Shown here piece by piece: positions 43,501 through 53,191 of a stretch of 62,674 bases of DNA; position 1 is the first letter of the stretch; each line of letters starts with the position of its first letter. This DNA is from Coleofasciculus chthonoplastes F2-STO-03 (GTDB lineage Bacteria > Cyanobacteriota > Cyanobacteriia > Cyanobacteriales > Coleofasciculaceae). The translations under genes were made by a program, and so were the position numbers. Under the pieces are notes generated by a model, which searched no databases, was not told the DNA's origin, and saw nothing but the letters and a program-made list of their open reading frames with translations. Where the stretch lies: assembly GCA_040222015.1 (NCBI GenBank), contig JAVJWO010000210.1:1-62674 (forward strand). Reading direction: 5' to 3'.

Positions 43501-43940
43501 GGGCTTCTCCTTTCTAGACGGTACAGCGAGGCAGGTTTGGCGTTGATTCACAAGTGAATCCGCTAGTGCCTCAGCAGGTTATCTTCCTGACTAATCGACA
43601 GGGATTTCCTCGATTGAGGGTAATTCTTGCCTGGTTAGTTGTGGAAATTTGGGTTAGTACTGACTAACCGCGTCGCCGTGGAACGCTGGGACTTAAAGAG
43701 TTATCTCCTCAGTATCCCCACGAGGCGAATGGCAATTGCCTAAGGTCAGAAGCTGCTACTACAAGCGCCTTATGGCTTTTTTATCTGAGTTCGCTCTAGT
43801 TCTAAAGTAGAACGAGCTGCTCTCAACTTGGTGGTGGTGGTTTGACTGGATAAATCCAAGACCACAGCTTCTGTTGACCTGAGTTGCGATCGAGTAAGTC
43901 GCGATCGCGCAACTGGCAATTAATTTGGTCACAATTGCTC

Positions 43941-43969
43941 AGTATAGAATAATTCCCTAATTTTGTCTA
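43941..43969 (-). promoter_or_regulatory. putative promoter of the ribosomal superoperon
   Basis: Minus-strand TAGACA-N17-TATACT, about 440 bp upstream of rplC. Confidence 0.6.
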
Positions 43970-44260
43970 GGAAATTGGCGACAATTTTATGGATCTGAGT
44001 CAGCTCGCCTGGAAAGCCGCACCAATGGGGGTGTTTGTTAGATTGAATTTACTCGACTGAGGCAGTCTGGAAGTGAAGACAGAAGGAGTAGCCCAGTGAT
44101 ACAGACTCTTCGTTGCATATCTTCTCTGGCTTACCTGTTCCATCATCCAGACACGGGGGGATCGCTTCTGTAACTGAAATCGCGTCTTCACAAGCCTTGT
44201 GAAGGACAGGATGTTTTTGGGTAACATTGGAGAAAGGGAGCAACTGACTCAATTGAAAAA

Positions 44261-45331
44261 ATGGATGCTAAAAATGTTTTGAAGTCTTATCCGGAGAAAG
44301 CAAGGATTTTTCCTGAAGTATACCCTAGTCACACTAACCTAGAACAGGTAACCTCAAAAAGAAATCAACTGTACACTGACGAGCGTACGCCACTGCCAAA
44401 TTGGGGAACTTTTTTCATTGAGCTAGGTCGTCGTATTGCAGAATGGGGAACTGGCTCAAATCGGTTAGTAGTGGCACTTGCTATTCCTACTAGAGCTTAC
44501 GCTGCCGCCTTAACTGCCTTTGGTGTAGTCCTTACAAGAGCTACTCTTTCCAATTCTCATATTGAGGATACGAACAAGTATTTTGAGCGACTATGTAATT
44601 TATCCCAAGGTACACCTGTCACTTTCTTCTACAAAGGCAGAAAGTTTCAAGGTTTTTATGAAGGTGTTGATAAAATCAGTGGTCAACAGCGACTTAGGAT
44701 TCGAGTTGAAAGCCGCGAGACAGGGGGATTAACCTATCTAGTGCCGTTAGAAGAAGCTCACAAGATTGAAATTAGAACTACTCCTATACGAAATCTTCCT
44801 AAAAAGCAAAATGGCAGAAAATTTTTTACTCACAGTAAATTTATTGAGGATATTATTGGTGTAGAGAAAGCTAAGAGTTGCTTTAAAAAATCTCAGATTG
44901 ATTGTATACTTTTGGGCAAAAGAAATATTTTAAAGAAAGAAATAACGCAAACAAATTTTGCGGGAAGTCCATCATTTAAAAAAAAAGGAGTATTGCAAGA
45001 TGTGTTACGAGTGCGACATTTTTTCTCGACTGACAACCTAGCTTATCGTTCAGAGGTGTTTTCAGTTACGGCTAGAAAACGTCCTCGTCTATCAGATAGC
45101 ACAATTCCCTTTGTAACTATATTTGATGGTGCATCTAGTTTTATTAAATGGCGGGATGACTGGCGTAGTTGTCACTGGATTATCTTATTGGATAGAACAG
45201 AGATACATTTTCAAGAAGCAGTTGATATCGTCAATCAGGATTATATAAATCGTGTAGATGAAGAGGGAATACCAAATTTGCCATCGCGCCCCCCTGGAGT
45301 TGAACTTGTTAATTATCAGGAAGCAGATTAA
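44261..45331 (+). CDS. uncharacterised protein, first gene of the DISARM-like cassette (possibly the N-terminal half of a DrmE-like protein)
   Basis: 356-aa AT-rich ORF whose stop overlaps the next start (TAATG). Degenerate strand-Asp motifs (VTIFDG, IILLDR) but no intact Walker A. Confidence 0.7.
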   Translation: MDAKNVLKSYPEKARIFPEVYPSHTNLEQVTSKRNQLYTDERTPLPNWGTFFIELGRRIAEWGTGSNRLVVALAIPTRAYAAALTAFGVVLTRATLSNSHIEDTNKYFERLCNLSQGTPVTFFYKGRKFQGFYEGVDKISGQQRLRIRVESRETGGLTYLVPLEEAHKIEIRTTPIRNLPKKQNGRKFFTHSKFIEDIIGVEKAKSCFKKSQIDCILLGKRNILKKEITQTNFAGSPSFKKKGVLQDVLRVRHFFSTDNLAYRSEVFSVTARKRPRLSDSTIPFVTIFDGASSFIKWRDDWRSCHWIILLDRTEIHFQEAVDIVNQDYINRVDEEGIPNLPSRPPGVELVNYQEAD

Positions 45332-46896
45332 TGATTGATATGTCTCTGTCAGACGTTAGAAAAATTTACGATTGTAGCAACCGTGTCAAAATTACATATC
45401 ATCCAGTAGAACAGAGCAACTTTGAATATTTTTGTGTGGCACTCAAAAATTTTAAGCGTTTGCTGAATGAAGCTGCTGAAGATGATTACTGGAGAGATTT
45501 TTTGTATCCTCTAAGACGGTATCAATTTGAATTATGTGCATCACCGTTACCATTTAATACTACCTCAGCATCTGACTATATAAACTTAGCGAATCTTCAG
45601 AAACAACTGTCACGCCTGAAACTTAGTTATCCAGATTTGTTTTTACCTGCTAGTGAGATTTTAAGTCAACTAGATATTTTATCAAATTCTTCTTCAAATC
45701 CTCTTTTATCTATTTATTCATCAATATATAAATCTAACAAACAAAGAAAGATAGTTTTACTACTAAAAGAATCACGCCTGATACCTCCAGTAGAAGAATT
45801 AATATCTCAAATTAATTTACTAAACACAGTAAAAGTTATCGTCGCTTCACAACTTCGTAGTTTGGTCTGCTATGACAAAGTAATTCTTATTGGTTCCCCA
45901 TATTGGTTTCCCAAATACGTTTTAACAGCACCGCGTACTTCGGAGATTGATATAGTGTACTATCGTTGGATTAGAAGTAAATGGAAAGACGAACCCGTAT
46001 TTATTGGTTCAGTTAACTCCTCTCAGTCACCGATTAATACTGAAATAAAAAATACTGTGAAAGAAGTTCAACCCAAGATAGATAGTGAGATAATTGCCGC
46101 TAAACTAGAACCCAAAGATGTTTTAATGCCTACTATTGACTGGAGCGATATAAGCCAGAAAATTAGTCAGTTACATTCCGTTAATAGTGATAGGGAAGAA
46201 ATAGAAGCAAAGCTGTTCCTCTTAGAAGGAAGTACATCGGCTGTTTTTTTAGATAGAGAGGCTAAAACATTTGTTATAGATCTACAAGAAGAAGTTAGTT
46301 CAAGGGTACAGAGAATTTCTGTCGCTGATATCGAAGCGGATATGTTCATCCTATTACGGACAAGTGGTGGTGGTGATTACATTGTGCCTGTAGCCAATCG
46401 GATTTTAAAGAACTCAGGAAAAGATGTGGAAAAGATTAGAAACTTGCAACAAGAGTGGAAAGGTCGTCTGAAACTAGCTGTAAAGCGTCAAGGTTTACAT
46501 TCTGTTAGTCAAAATCTGGTTAAACAAGGTTCTAAAATAGCCAAGAATGAACTTAATATCCGAAACTGGATGTCTGAGTTAAGTATTAAACCTAGAAAAG
46601 AAAAAGACTTTGAAGCAATTTTAAATTTTGTAGGATTGGGGGATAGATGCAATGAATTTTATGAAGCGGCATATTGGCTGGATACATCTCACAGAAGCGC
46701 TGGTAAACATATTCGGAAGTTACTGCTTCAGGAAGTTTGTAATGCTGATCTCACTCAACTAGAACAACTAGGCAGCATGGAATTTGAACTAGAGCAAGCA
46801 GATGGAGGTAGTATGACGGCTTTCAGAGTAGTAGATATTGCTCCAGAAATTCATAATATTTCTATCTCCAAAATTGCACAGATTTTTGAAATTTAG
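45331..46896 (+). CDS. uncharacterised protein, tentatively DrmE-like C-terminal region
   Basis: 521 aa, 12 bp upstream of the helicase. The C-terminal pattern (FILLR..., WK.RL, IRNW...IKPR..DFEAI) recalls DrmE-type proteins. Confidence 0.65.
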   Translation: MIDMSLSDVRKIYDCSNRVKITYHPVEQSNFEYFCVALKNFKRLLNEAAEDDYWRDFLYPLRRYQFELCASPLPFNTTSASDYINLANLQKQLSRLKLSYPDLFLPASEILSQLDILSNSSSNPLLSIYSSIYKSNKQRKIVLLLKESRLIPPVEELISQINLLNTVKVIVASQLRSLVCYDKVILIGSPYWFPKYVLTAPRTSEIDIVYYRWIRSKWKDEPVFIGSVNSSQSPINTEIKNTVKEVQPKIDSEIIAAKLEPKDVLMPTIDWSDISQKISQLHSVNSDREEIEAKLFLLEGSTSAVFLDREAKTFVIDLQEEVSSRVQRISVADIEADMFILLRTSGGGDYIVPVANRILKNSGKDVEKIRNLQQEWKGRLKLAVKRQGLHSVSQNLVKQGSKIAKNELNIRNWMSELSIKPRKEKDFEAILNFVGLGDRCNEFYEAAYWLDTSHRSAGKHIRKLLLQEVCNADLTQLEQLGSMEFELEQADGGSMTAFRVVDIAPEIHNISISKIAQIFEI

Positions 46897-46908
46897 GCAA
46901 AGGTAATA

Positions 46909-49900
46909 ATGGCTAAACATATACAAAACAGAGAAAATATCATTCAATTTTTACGAGAAGAACTTGTCGGATCTTCACCCCAAGGAGAACCCAAAGACTG
47001 TTCTGGGGAAGTAAATTTCCAATCTGAACAAGAATTCTATCGTCCTTGGCGGCAAGCAAATGGTGAAGAGATTCTTCAGCGAGACCCTCCTCTAGTTCGC
47101 TATGGCGTAGGTGTTCTTTATCCACTGGGTAAAAAACATGAAGACGAAGAATCTCAGAAAGACAGGGAAACCGATGAAATTAAACCTGATGAAACTGAAT
47201 CTGTGATTGAAGAAAATGCCTATCAAAGTCTTGAAGAAAGTCAAAAAGAGATAACAAAGAGTACGGAAAGTGAATCAGATAATTTTGACTTGTCAACAGC
47301 TAATACCTATCTACCTAGTAGCATGGGTGTAAGTTTTTTAGGAGAATTTCATCAAGATTCACAGCTATTGGTTAAAGCCTGGGGTGGGTGCTATCGAGCC
47401 AAAATTGTTAAAGTGTCCGGAAAGGAAAGAACTTGGTGGTTGAGGAAACCCATAGAATTTACAGTTGAGTTCGATGGCAATCAACTCTGCCATCAACAAG
47501 AAAAGAGACTTAATCAAACTGCGAAAATACAGGGACTAGATTTGAGCGTAGAAGTATTTTCTCGACCCGATCCAGAAAAACGAGAGGGAGTTCGTCTAAT
47601 CACAGTTTGTCTAGTTAATCGCAGTAGTAGTGGTGTTCTTGGTCGTCATGAAATAAATTTATTCCAGTCAGGCTTTGAAGCCACTCTAGTTTCCCAAAAG
47701 GGAGAGGCGCACATTTTACCCTATCCAGGTCAACGTCTCTCTGGGATTGAAGATGATGAGGAAGAGCAATCTCTGGCGCTGCTTTACCGTCACATGAAAA
47801 CGTATGGGGTGGGACATGGTTGTGCAGCAAATTGGGATAAAGAAGCGACTAATGACCGAGTTAAAACTGTCATAGCTGAGTGCTTGCCTACTTTTGAAAC
47901 TCCTAGTATTACGCCTGGCATAAAACGTGAGGATGGTAGTAGCTTAGAAGTCCCTATGGCTACCTTAGCCGGGTTAGTGGAGGGCGACGATGGCTTTGCT
48001 GCTTTGCAGGAAGTTGTTGAACGCTACGAGAATTGGATCGAGGTGAAACGAAATGAAATTACCACGCTTGAGGAACAATACCATAATGCAGCACGCAGTC
48101 ACTTGGATGAATGTGAAAGAGCGGCTCAGAGAATGAGAGATGGGCTAAATTACTTACAGCATGATACTAGAGCCAAGAGAGCGTTTCAATTAGCCAACCA
48201 TGCCATCTTACTGCAACAGATTAGCAGTCGCGGTAGTCTTCGGAGGGCAAACTACGATAAAAAAGCCAGAAAGTTGAATTTTTCTGCACCCTATCAAGCG
48301 CCTAATTCCCTGCAAGCTGGAGAAAATAGGGGTAAATGGCGTGCATTTCAAATCGCTTTCCTACTCATGTCTCTTGAATCTACTGCTCAGGGGAATAGTC
48401 CAGAGCGTGAGACAGTTGAACTGATTTGGTTTCCTACAGGTGGTGGCAAAACTGAAGCCTATTTGGGTTTGTCAGCGTTTGCTCTATTCATGCGACGGTT
48501 GAACAACAAAGATGATGCTGGAGTTCATGTGCTGATGCGCTACACGCTCAGGTTGTTGACAGCACAACAGTTTCAGCGAGCGTCAGCATTATTATGTGCA
48601 ATGGAGTACCTCCGTCGCCAACATCCTGAACTGGGGAAAGACTCTTTTTCTATTGGGATTTGGCTGGGGAGTGCGACAACCCCTAATACTCGGAAAGATG
48701 CAGTCTATAGCTTGAATCAACTACAAAGGAGTTCATCAGCAGAAAATCCTTTTATTATTGGCAAATGCCCTTGGTGCAACGCTCAGATGGGGCGTTATGA
48801 TGGACAACTACCAAGGGGAGTCCCAAAGGTTTTAGGATATCAGCCAAGTGCTGGTACTGTAGTTTTCAAATGTCCCGATCAGGCTTGTGAGTTTAAAAAT
48901 GGACTTCCTATTTATGTCATTGATGAGGACATTTATTACTATCGTCCTTCGTTAGTTATTGGTACAGTAGATAAGTTTGCCCAGTTAGCTTGGAAGCCGA
49001 AAGCACGGGCTTTATTTGGCATTGACTCTGATGGGCAACGGCAAAATTCTCCACCAGGACTAATTATTCAAGATGAGTTACACCTGATTTCGGGTCCTTT
49101 GGGCTCAGTTGTGGGGCTATATGAAACGGTGATTGAAGAACTTTGTACCGACAGGCGTGGTGAGCAAGCAATTAAACCAAAAATAGTTTGTTCTACCGCA
49201 ACCATACGCCGCTATGCTGACCAAGTGAAAGCGCTCTATGGACGAGAGGATGTAGTATTGTTTCCACCACCAGGATTAGATGCGTCGGATTCATTTTTCT
49301 CTCGCTATGCCAGAAATGAGGATGGCACATTACGATCCGGTCGAATTTATGTAGGTGTTCATGGACCGGGTTTGAAATCTTTGCTCACGGCTCAAGTACG
49401 AACATCAGCAGCTCTTTTGCAAGCGCCAGTTCCTTTGACTGCTGAGGAACAAGACCCTTGGTGGACTTTACTAATGTTCTTTAATAATCTCAGGGAATTG
49501 GGCTTTACGCTTTCCCTGTTGCAGTCAGATATTCCTGGTCACTTTAAGGTAATCCAAAATCGGCTCGGTTTGGACAGGCAACAAACACGCCGCATCTGGC
49601 AACCGTTGGAACTGACTGGGCGTATCCGCAGCGATCAAGTTCCTGAAGCGATCGCCAAACTAGAGATTAAATGTGATAACACAAATAATCAGCATCCGAT
49701 AGATGTCTGTTTAGCGTCTAACATTATCGAAGTCGGGGTTGATATCGACCGCCTATCGCTTATGGCTGTAGTGGGTCAGCCTAAAACTACGTCTCAGTAT
49801 ATTCAGGTGACAGGTCGTGTGGGGCGTAGATGGTGGGAACGTCCTGGTTTGGTTGTAACGTTGTATAGTCCTACCCGCCCCCGCGATCGCTCCCATTTTG

Positions 49901-50379
49901 AGAAATTTCGTAGCTATCACGAACGGCTTTATGCCCAAGTTGAACCCACCAGCGTTACTCCCTTTTCTCCCCCAGTCTTAGACCGTGCCTTACACGCAAT
50001 TATGGCAGCTTATGTCAGACAAGCCGGAGATGAAGAGATAGCAAAAAGCCCAGATCCGTATCCAGACAATCTGATTGAGCAGTTACGGGAAATTCTCATA
50101 CCTCGAATAGAAGCCATCGATCTAAATGAGGTAGAAAATTTCCAACGGGTTTTTGACAAACGTGCCTCAGAATGGCAGCGCTGGCAAAGAACACATTGGC
50201 AAGGAACTCGCCAAACCGCCGATGACATCTCTTTGCTAAGAGTTGCAGGTGATTACGCTAGTCCAGAATGGCAGCGTTTATCTTGGGCTACACCGACATC
50301 TATGAGAAACGTAGACGCAGAATGCCAAGCGGAAATTACTCAACTTTACTTACTTGAAGGAGGGGAAGAAAATGCCTAA
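46909..50379 (+). CDS. drmA: DISARM DrmA-like SF2 helicase
   Basis: YGVGHGCAANW, Q-motif WRAFQ, Walker A FPTGGGKTEAY, RYTLRLLTAQQ, Zn site CPWC...CPDQAC, QDELH, STAT, EVGVDI, QVTGRVGR, RPRDRSHFE and SMRNVD. Confidence 0.88.
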   Translation: MAKHIQNRENIIQFLREELVGSSPQGEPKDCSGEVNFQSEQEFYRPWRQANGEEILQRDPPLVRYGVGVLYPLGKKHEDEESQKDRETDEIKPDETESVIEENAYQSLEESQKEITKSTESESDNFDLSTANTYLPSSMGVSFLGEFHQDSQLLVKAWGGCYRAKIVKVSGKERTWWLRKPIEFTVEFDGNQLCHQQEKRLNQTAKIQGLDLSVEVFSRPDPEKREGVRLITVCLVNRSSSGVLGRHEINLFQSGFEATLVSQKGEAHILPYPGQRLSGIEDDEEEQSLALLYRHMKTYGVGHGCAANWDKEATNDRVKTVIAECLPTFETPSITPGIKREDGSSLEVPMATLAGLVEGDDGFAALQEVVERYENWIEVKRNEITTLEEQYHNAARSHLDECERAAQRMRDGLNYLQHDTRAKRAFQLANHAILLQQISSRGSLRRANYDKKARKLNFSAPYQAPNSLQAGENRGKWRAFQIAFLLMSLESTAQGNSPERETVELIWFPTGGGKTEAYLGLSAFALFMRRLNNKDDAGVHVLMRYTLRLLTAQQFQRASALLCAMEYLRRQHPELGKDSFSIGIWLGSATTPNTRKDAVYSLNQLQRSSSAENPFIIGKCPWCNAQMGRYDGQLPRGVPKVLGYQPSAGTVVFKCPDQACEFKNGLPIYVIDEDIYYYRPSLVIGTVDKFAQLAWKPKARALFGIDSDGQRQNSPPGLIIQDELHLISGPLGSVVGLYETVIEELCTDRRGEQAIKPKIVCSTATIRRYADQVKALYGREDVVLFPPPGLDASDSFFSRYARNEDGTLRSGRIYVGVHGPGLKSLLTAQVRTSAALLQAPVPLTAEEQDPWWTLLMFFNNLRELGFTLSLLQSDIPGHFKVIQNRLGLDRQQTRRIWQPLELTGRIRSDQVPEAIAKLEIKCDNTNNQHPIDVCLASNIIEVGVDIDRLSLMAVVGQPKTTSQYIQVTGRVGRRWWERPGLVVTLYSPTRPRDRSHFEKFRSYHERLYAQVEPTSVTPFSPPVLDRALHAIMAAYVRQAGDEEIAKSPDPYPDNLIEQLREILIPRIEAIDLNEVENFQRVFDKRASEWQRWQRTHWQGTRQTADDISLLRVAGDYASPEWQRLSWATPTSMRNVDAECQAEITQLYLLEGGEENA

Positions 50380-52282
50380 AGGACCTATTAGACGCGCCCA
50401 ATTAATTGCACCTTATGGGGTGGGTGCAATGATAGTCGTGAGGGATGGAACATCATTGATTACGGCTGGTTTAGATCACTGGTACGAGCGTGAAAATGGT
50501 CGTGATGATGTTGACCGCTCAGAATTTAGAGTCGAGGAATGGCGGTTGGCACAGCAGTTAGGAGTGGATCACTTCCGACTTCCCCCAGACTTTAGAATAA
50601 TTAAAGGGGAATCAGTTCCTAATGCCTATCTCACCATCCCGTTTCTACGCTTTCCTCAATGGCATTACTGTCAATACTGCGGACACCTTAAGGAGTTGAA
50701 ACTGCCTCAACGGAGTAAAGAAAAATGCCCCAAATGTGAAGAGCAGAAAAGAAATAGGTACTTGGTGCAGGTTCCGATTATTGCAATGTGCGATCGCGGT
50801 CATATTCAAGACTTTCCTTGGCGCGAGTGGGTACATCGTTCTGACAATCCAACTTGCAAAAAACCAATGCGTTTGGTAGGGACAGGGAGCGCAACTTTAG
50901 GAGGATTGAGTGTTCAGTGTGAGTGTAAAGCGAAACGCTCTCTAGCCAATATTACTGAAACGCGACCTGGAGATAATGGAAGTGAAACCACATTTCTTAG
51001 TAAACATCTTAATGAAAAGCATGATGATGATTCTGATCGTCAGGAGTTTCTCTGTCAAGGCAAACGTCCTTGGTTGGGGACTGAAGAAAGTGAACCTTGT
51101 TCTCGACCCTTGAGAGGTTCCCTCCGCAGTGCGTCTAATGTATATTACTCTCAGGTACGGAGCGCCATTTATCTAAAAAGGGGCAATGATAGCGAACTAA
51201 TTTCTATTCTGGAAGAACCACCTATTTCAACGCTAATCGAACTACTAGCTAAAGGGAACGTTGATCTAATAACACCAGATTGTTTGCGAGGGCAACACCC
51301 ACAACTGTTGCAACCATTCTCCAATGAGGATATTAAAGTTGCCCTAAACGGTATACTCTCAGAAGAAGATAACAACTCAGACGAGATTTTTGTTGAGGGG
51401 GATGATCCAGAAACCCATTTCCGTCGTCCAGAATTTAACGTGCTGCGTACTGAACGTGACGAAAAGCAACTTAAAATCAGAAAGATTGATTTGAATGACT
51501 ACGATCCAGATATAGCCCAATACTTCTCCCAAATCATGCTAGTTGACAAGCTGAGGGAAACTAGAGCTTTAACTGGATTCACCCGGATTTTTCCGGAAAA
51601 TGAGCAAAATATAAATTTATTACAAGCGCTGCTGCGGCGCAATCCCTTACCACCACAGGATTCATGGTTGCCTGCTTATGTAGTTTATGGTGAAGGCATT
51701 TTTTTGGAGTTCAATGAGAGGCGACTTCAGCAGTGGTTAATTCAAACTGGCGATGCAGTTCAACAGCGAATTCAACCTCTAGTACAACGTTACCAACAAG
51801 TACAAGAAAAAAGGCACTTACGCGATCGCCCTCTCATGCCGCGATTCATCCTTTTACACACCTTTGCTCACTTGATCATGAATCGTCTCACCTTCGAGTG
51901 TGGGTATAGTTCGGCTGCTCTGCGAGAAAGATTATATATATCCGATAATCGCGAGGCTCCCATGGCTGGGGTTCTGATTTATACTGCTGCTGGGGATTCC
52001 GAGGGAACAATGGGAGGACTGGTGCGGATGGGTAAACCCGATTATTTTGAGCCAATGTTTCATGCAGCACTTGAGGATGCTAAATGGTGTTCTGCCGATC
52101 CTGTTTGCATGGAAATCGGTGCTAGGGGGGGACAAGGACCTGATTCATGTAACTTGGCGGCTTGCCACAACTGCTCTTTAGTGCCTGAAACAGCCTGTGA
52201 GGAATTCAACCGCTTTTTGGATCGAGGGGTTGTTGTCGGTGATATCAACAACCGTAGCCTTGGTTTTTTTTACCTAAGATGA
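50372..52282 (+). CDS. drmB: DISARM DrmB-like DUF1998 protein
   Basis: RRAQLIAPYGVGA, CQYC..CPKC and C.RGH..DFPW, then DUF1998 motifs HTFAH, CSADPVC and AACHNC..VPETACE.FN..LDR; overlaps drmA by 8 bp. Confidence 0.9.
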   Translation: MPKGPIRRAQLIAPYGVGAMIVVRDGTSLITAGLDHWYERENGRDDVDRSEFRVEEWRLAQQLGVDHFRLPPDFRIIKGESVPNAYLTIPFLRFPQWHYCQYCGHLKELKLPQRSKEKCPKCEEQKRNRYLVQVPIIAMCDRGHIQDFPWREWVHRSDNPTCKKPMRLVGTGSATLGGLSVQCECKAKRSLANITETRPGDNGSETTFLSKHLNEKHDDDSDRQEFLCQGKRPWLGTEESEPCSRPLRGSLRSASNVYYSQVRSAIYLKRGNDSELISILEEPPISTLIELLAKGNVDLITPDCLRGQHPQLLQPFSNEDIKVALNGILSEEDNNSDEIFVEGDDPETHFRRPEFNVLRTERDEKQLKIRKIDLNDYDPDIAQYFSQIMLVDKLRETRALTGFTRIFPENEQNINLLQALLRRNPLPPQDSWLPAYVVYGEGIFLEFNERRLQQWLIQTGDAVQQRIQPLVQRYQQVQEKRHLRDRPLMPRFILLHTFAHLIMNRLTFECGYSSAALRERLYISDNREAPMAGVLIYTAAGDSEGTMGGLVRMGKPDYFEPMFHAALEDAKWCSADPVCMEIGARGGQGPDSCNLAACHNCSLVPETACEEFNRFLDRGVVVGDINNRSLGFFYLR

Positions 52283-52312
52283 TATCCCTACTTGAAGTGA
52301 GCATTCACAATC

Positions 52313-52401
52313 AGGAGTTACGCACCACCACCATAACTATTGGTCAAGGTGCGTTACGCTGCGCTAACACACCCTACCGATAGAGGCTTTGCGTAAGTCC
52401 T
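52313..52401. mobile_element. 89-bp MITE-like element
   Basis: TIRs AGGAGTTACGCA and TGCGTAAGTCCT (11/12 match), with an internal hairpin GGTGCGTTA..TAACACACC. Confidence 0.65.
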
Positions 52402-52535
52402 ACCAATGTTAACGATCTGGACTATAGATACACTTATTTGGGAAACTAATTGAATAGCTAAACCTGCTTCATTATATAGAAAATATTTAGGGACGCACCG
52501 ACGTGCGCCCCTACCCATCCTGTTGATAATGCTCA

Positions 52536-52745
52536 CTATTTTTTCGCCAGATCAGGGATAACCAACATAAACAGAATACCGAAAACAATAATAGCCAGAG
52601 CTTGTTCTGTGGTCAGTAGATTCGGTCTGACCAAATACAAGACAGCAAAGCCAAGCAACGCAATTGTCAGATTCCGAGACAGCAGCCCCGGCATTACCAG
52701 AGTCGCAATGATGCAAAATGCGATTATTGCAATGGCTACTTCCAT
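52536..52745 (-). CDS. small membrane protein
   Basis: 69 aa, almost entirely hydrophobic helices; AGGAA upstream of the ATG. Confidence 0.6.
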   Translation of the reverse strand: MEVAIAIIAFCIIATLVMPGLLSRNLTIALLGFAVLYLVRPNLLTTEQALAIIVFGILFMLVIPDLAKK

Positions 52746-53191
52746 GGTTCCTGTTTCCTTGTTTCGGGTAATTACAGGGCGTTTAGCAAGGCAGAAAGCC
52801 TAACTGATCGCCTACTATCAATCAGCCGTTACCTTTAACCAGATTCCTCGTGGACAAGACTTGCCTGTTTCTGTCGGGCTGGCTTGTGTACGGGTTCCCC
52901 CTATACGCTATACGGCACTCGGCAACGTAACTCTAAACTATCTCAAAACCGCTCATAAGTCAGTAGTGAGTAACTGCTCATTTGGACTCTACGCGATCGC
53001 AACCCCTGGAAAACACGTCTATTCCCTATCCCAATAAGGCTTTCCCTGACTCCGAGTCCGGGTAAACTTGTGTTAAAATCTTAAAAGAAAGTGGCACATT
53101 TTAGCAACTATTTGGGTTAAACATGGCGGTTTAGCTCACTTTTTGCGCTTTTTTTGCCTAAATCCTGAATTTTTATGGAGTTTTTCGTTCT

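Noticed and set aside
44000..44252. Short minus-strand ORFs upstream of the defence cassette as a regulator or fifth gene
   Set aside because: No HTH or other motif is recognisable; there is no support beyond ORF length.
46909..52282. Calling the cassette Druantia, Dpd or complete DISARM
   Set aside because: The helicase and DUF1998 are separate genes as in DrmA/DrmB (they are fused in DruE), and no dpd, drmC, drmD or methyltransferase genes are present.
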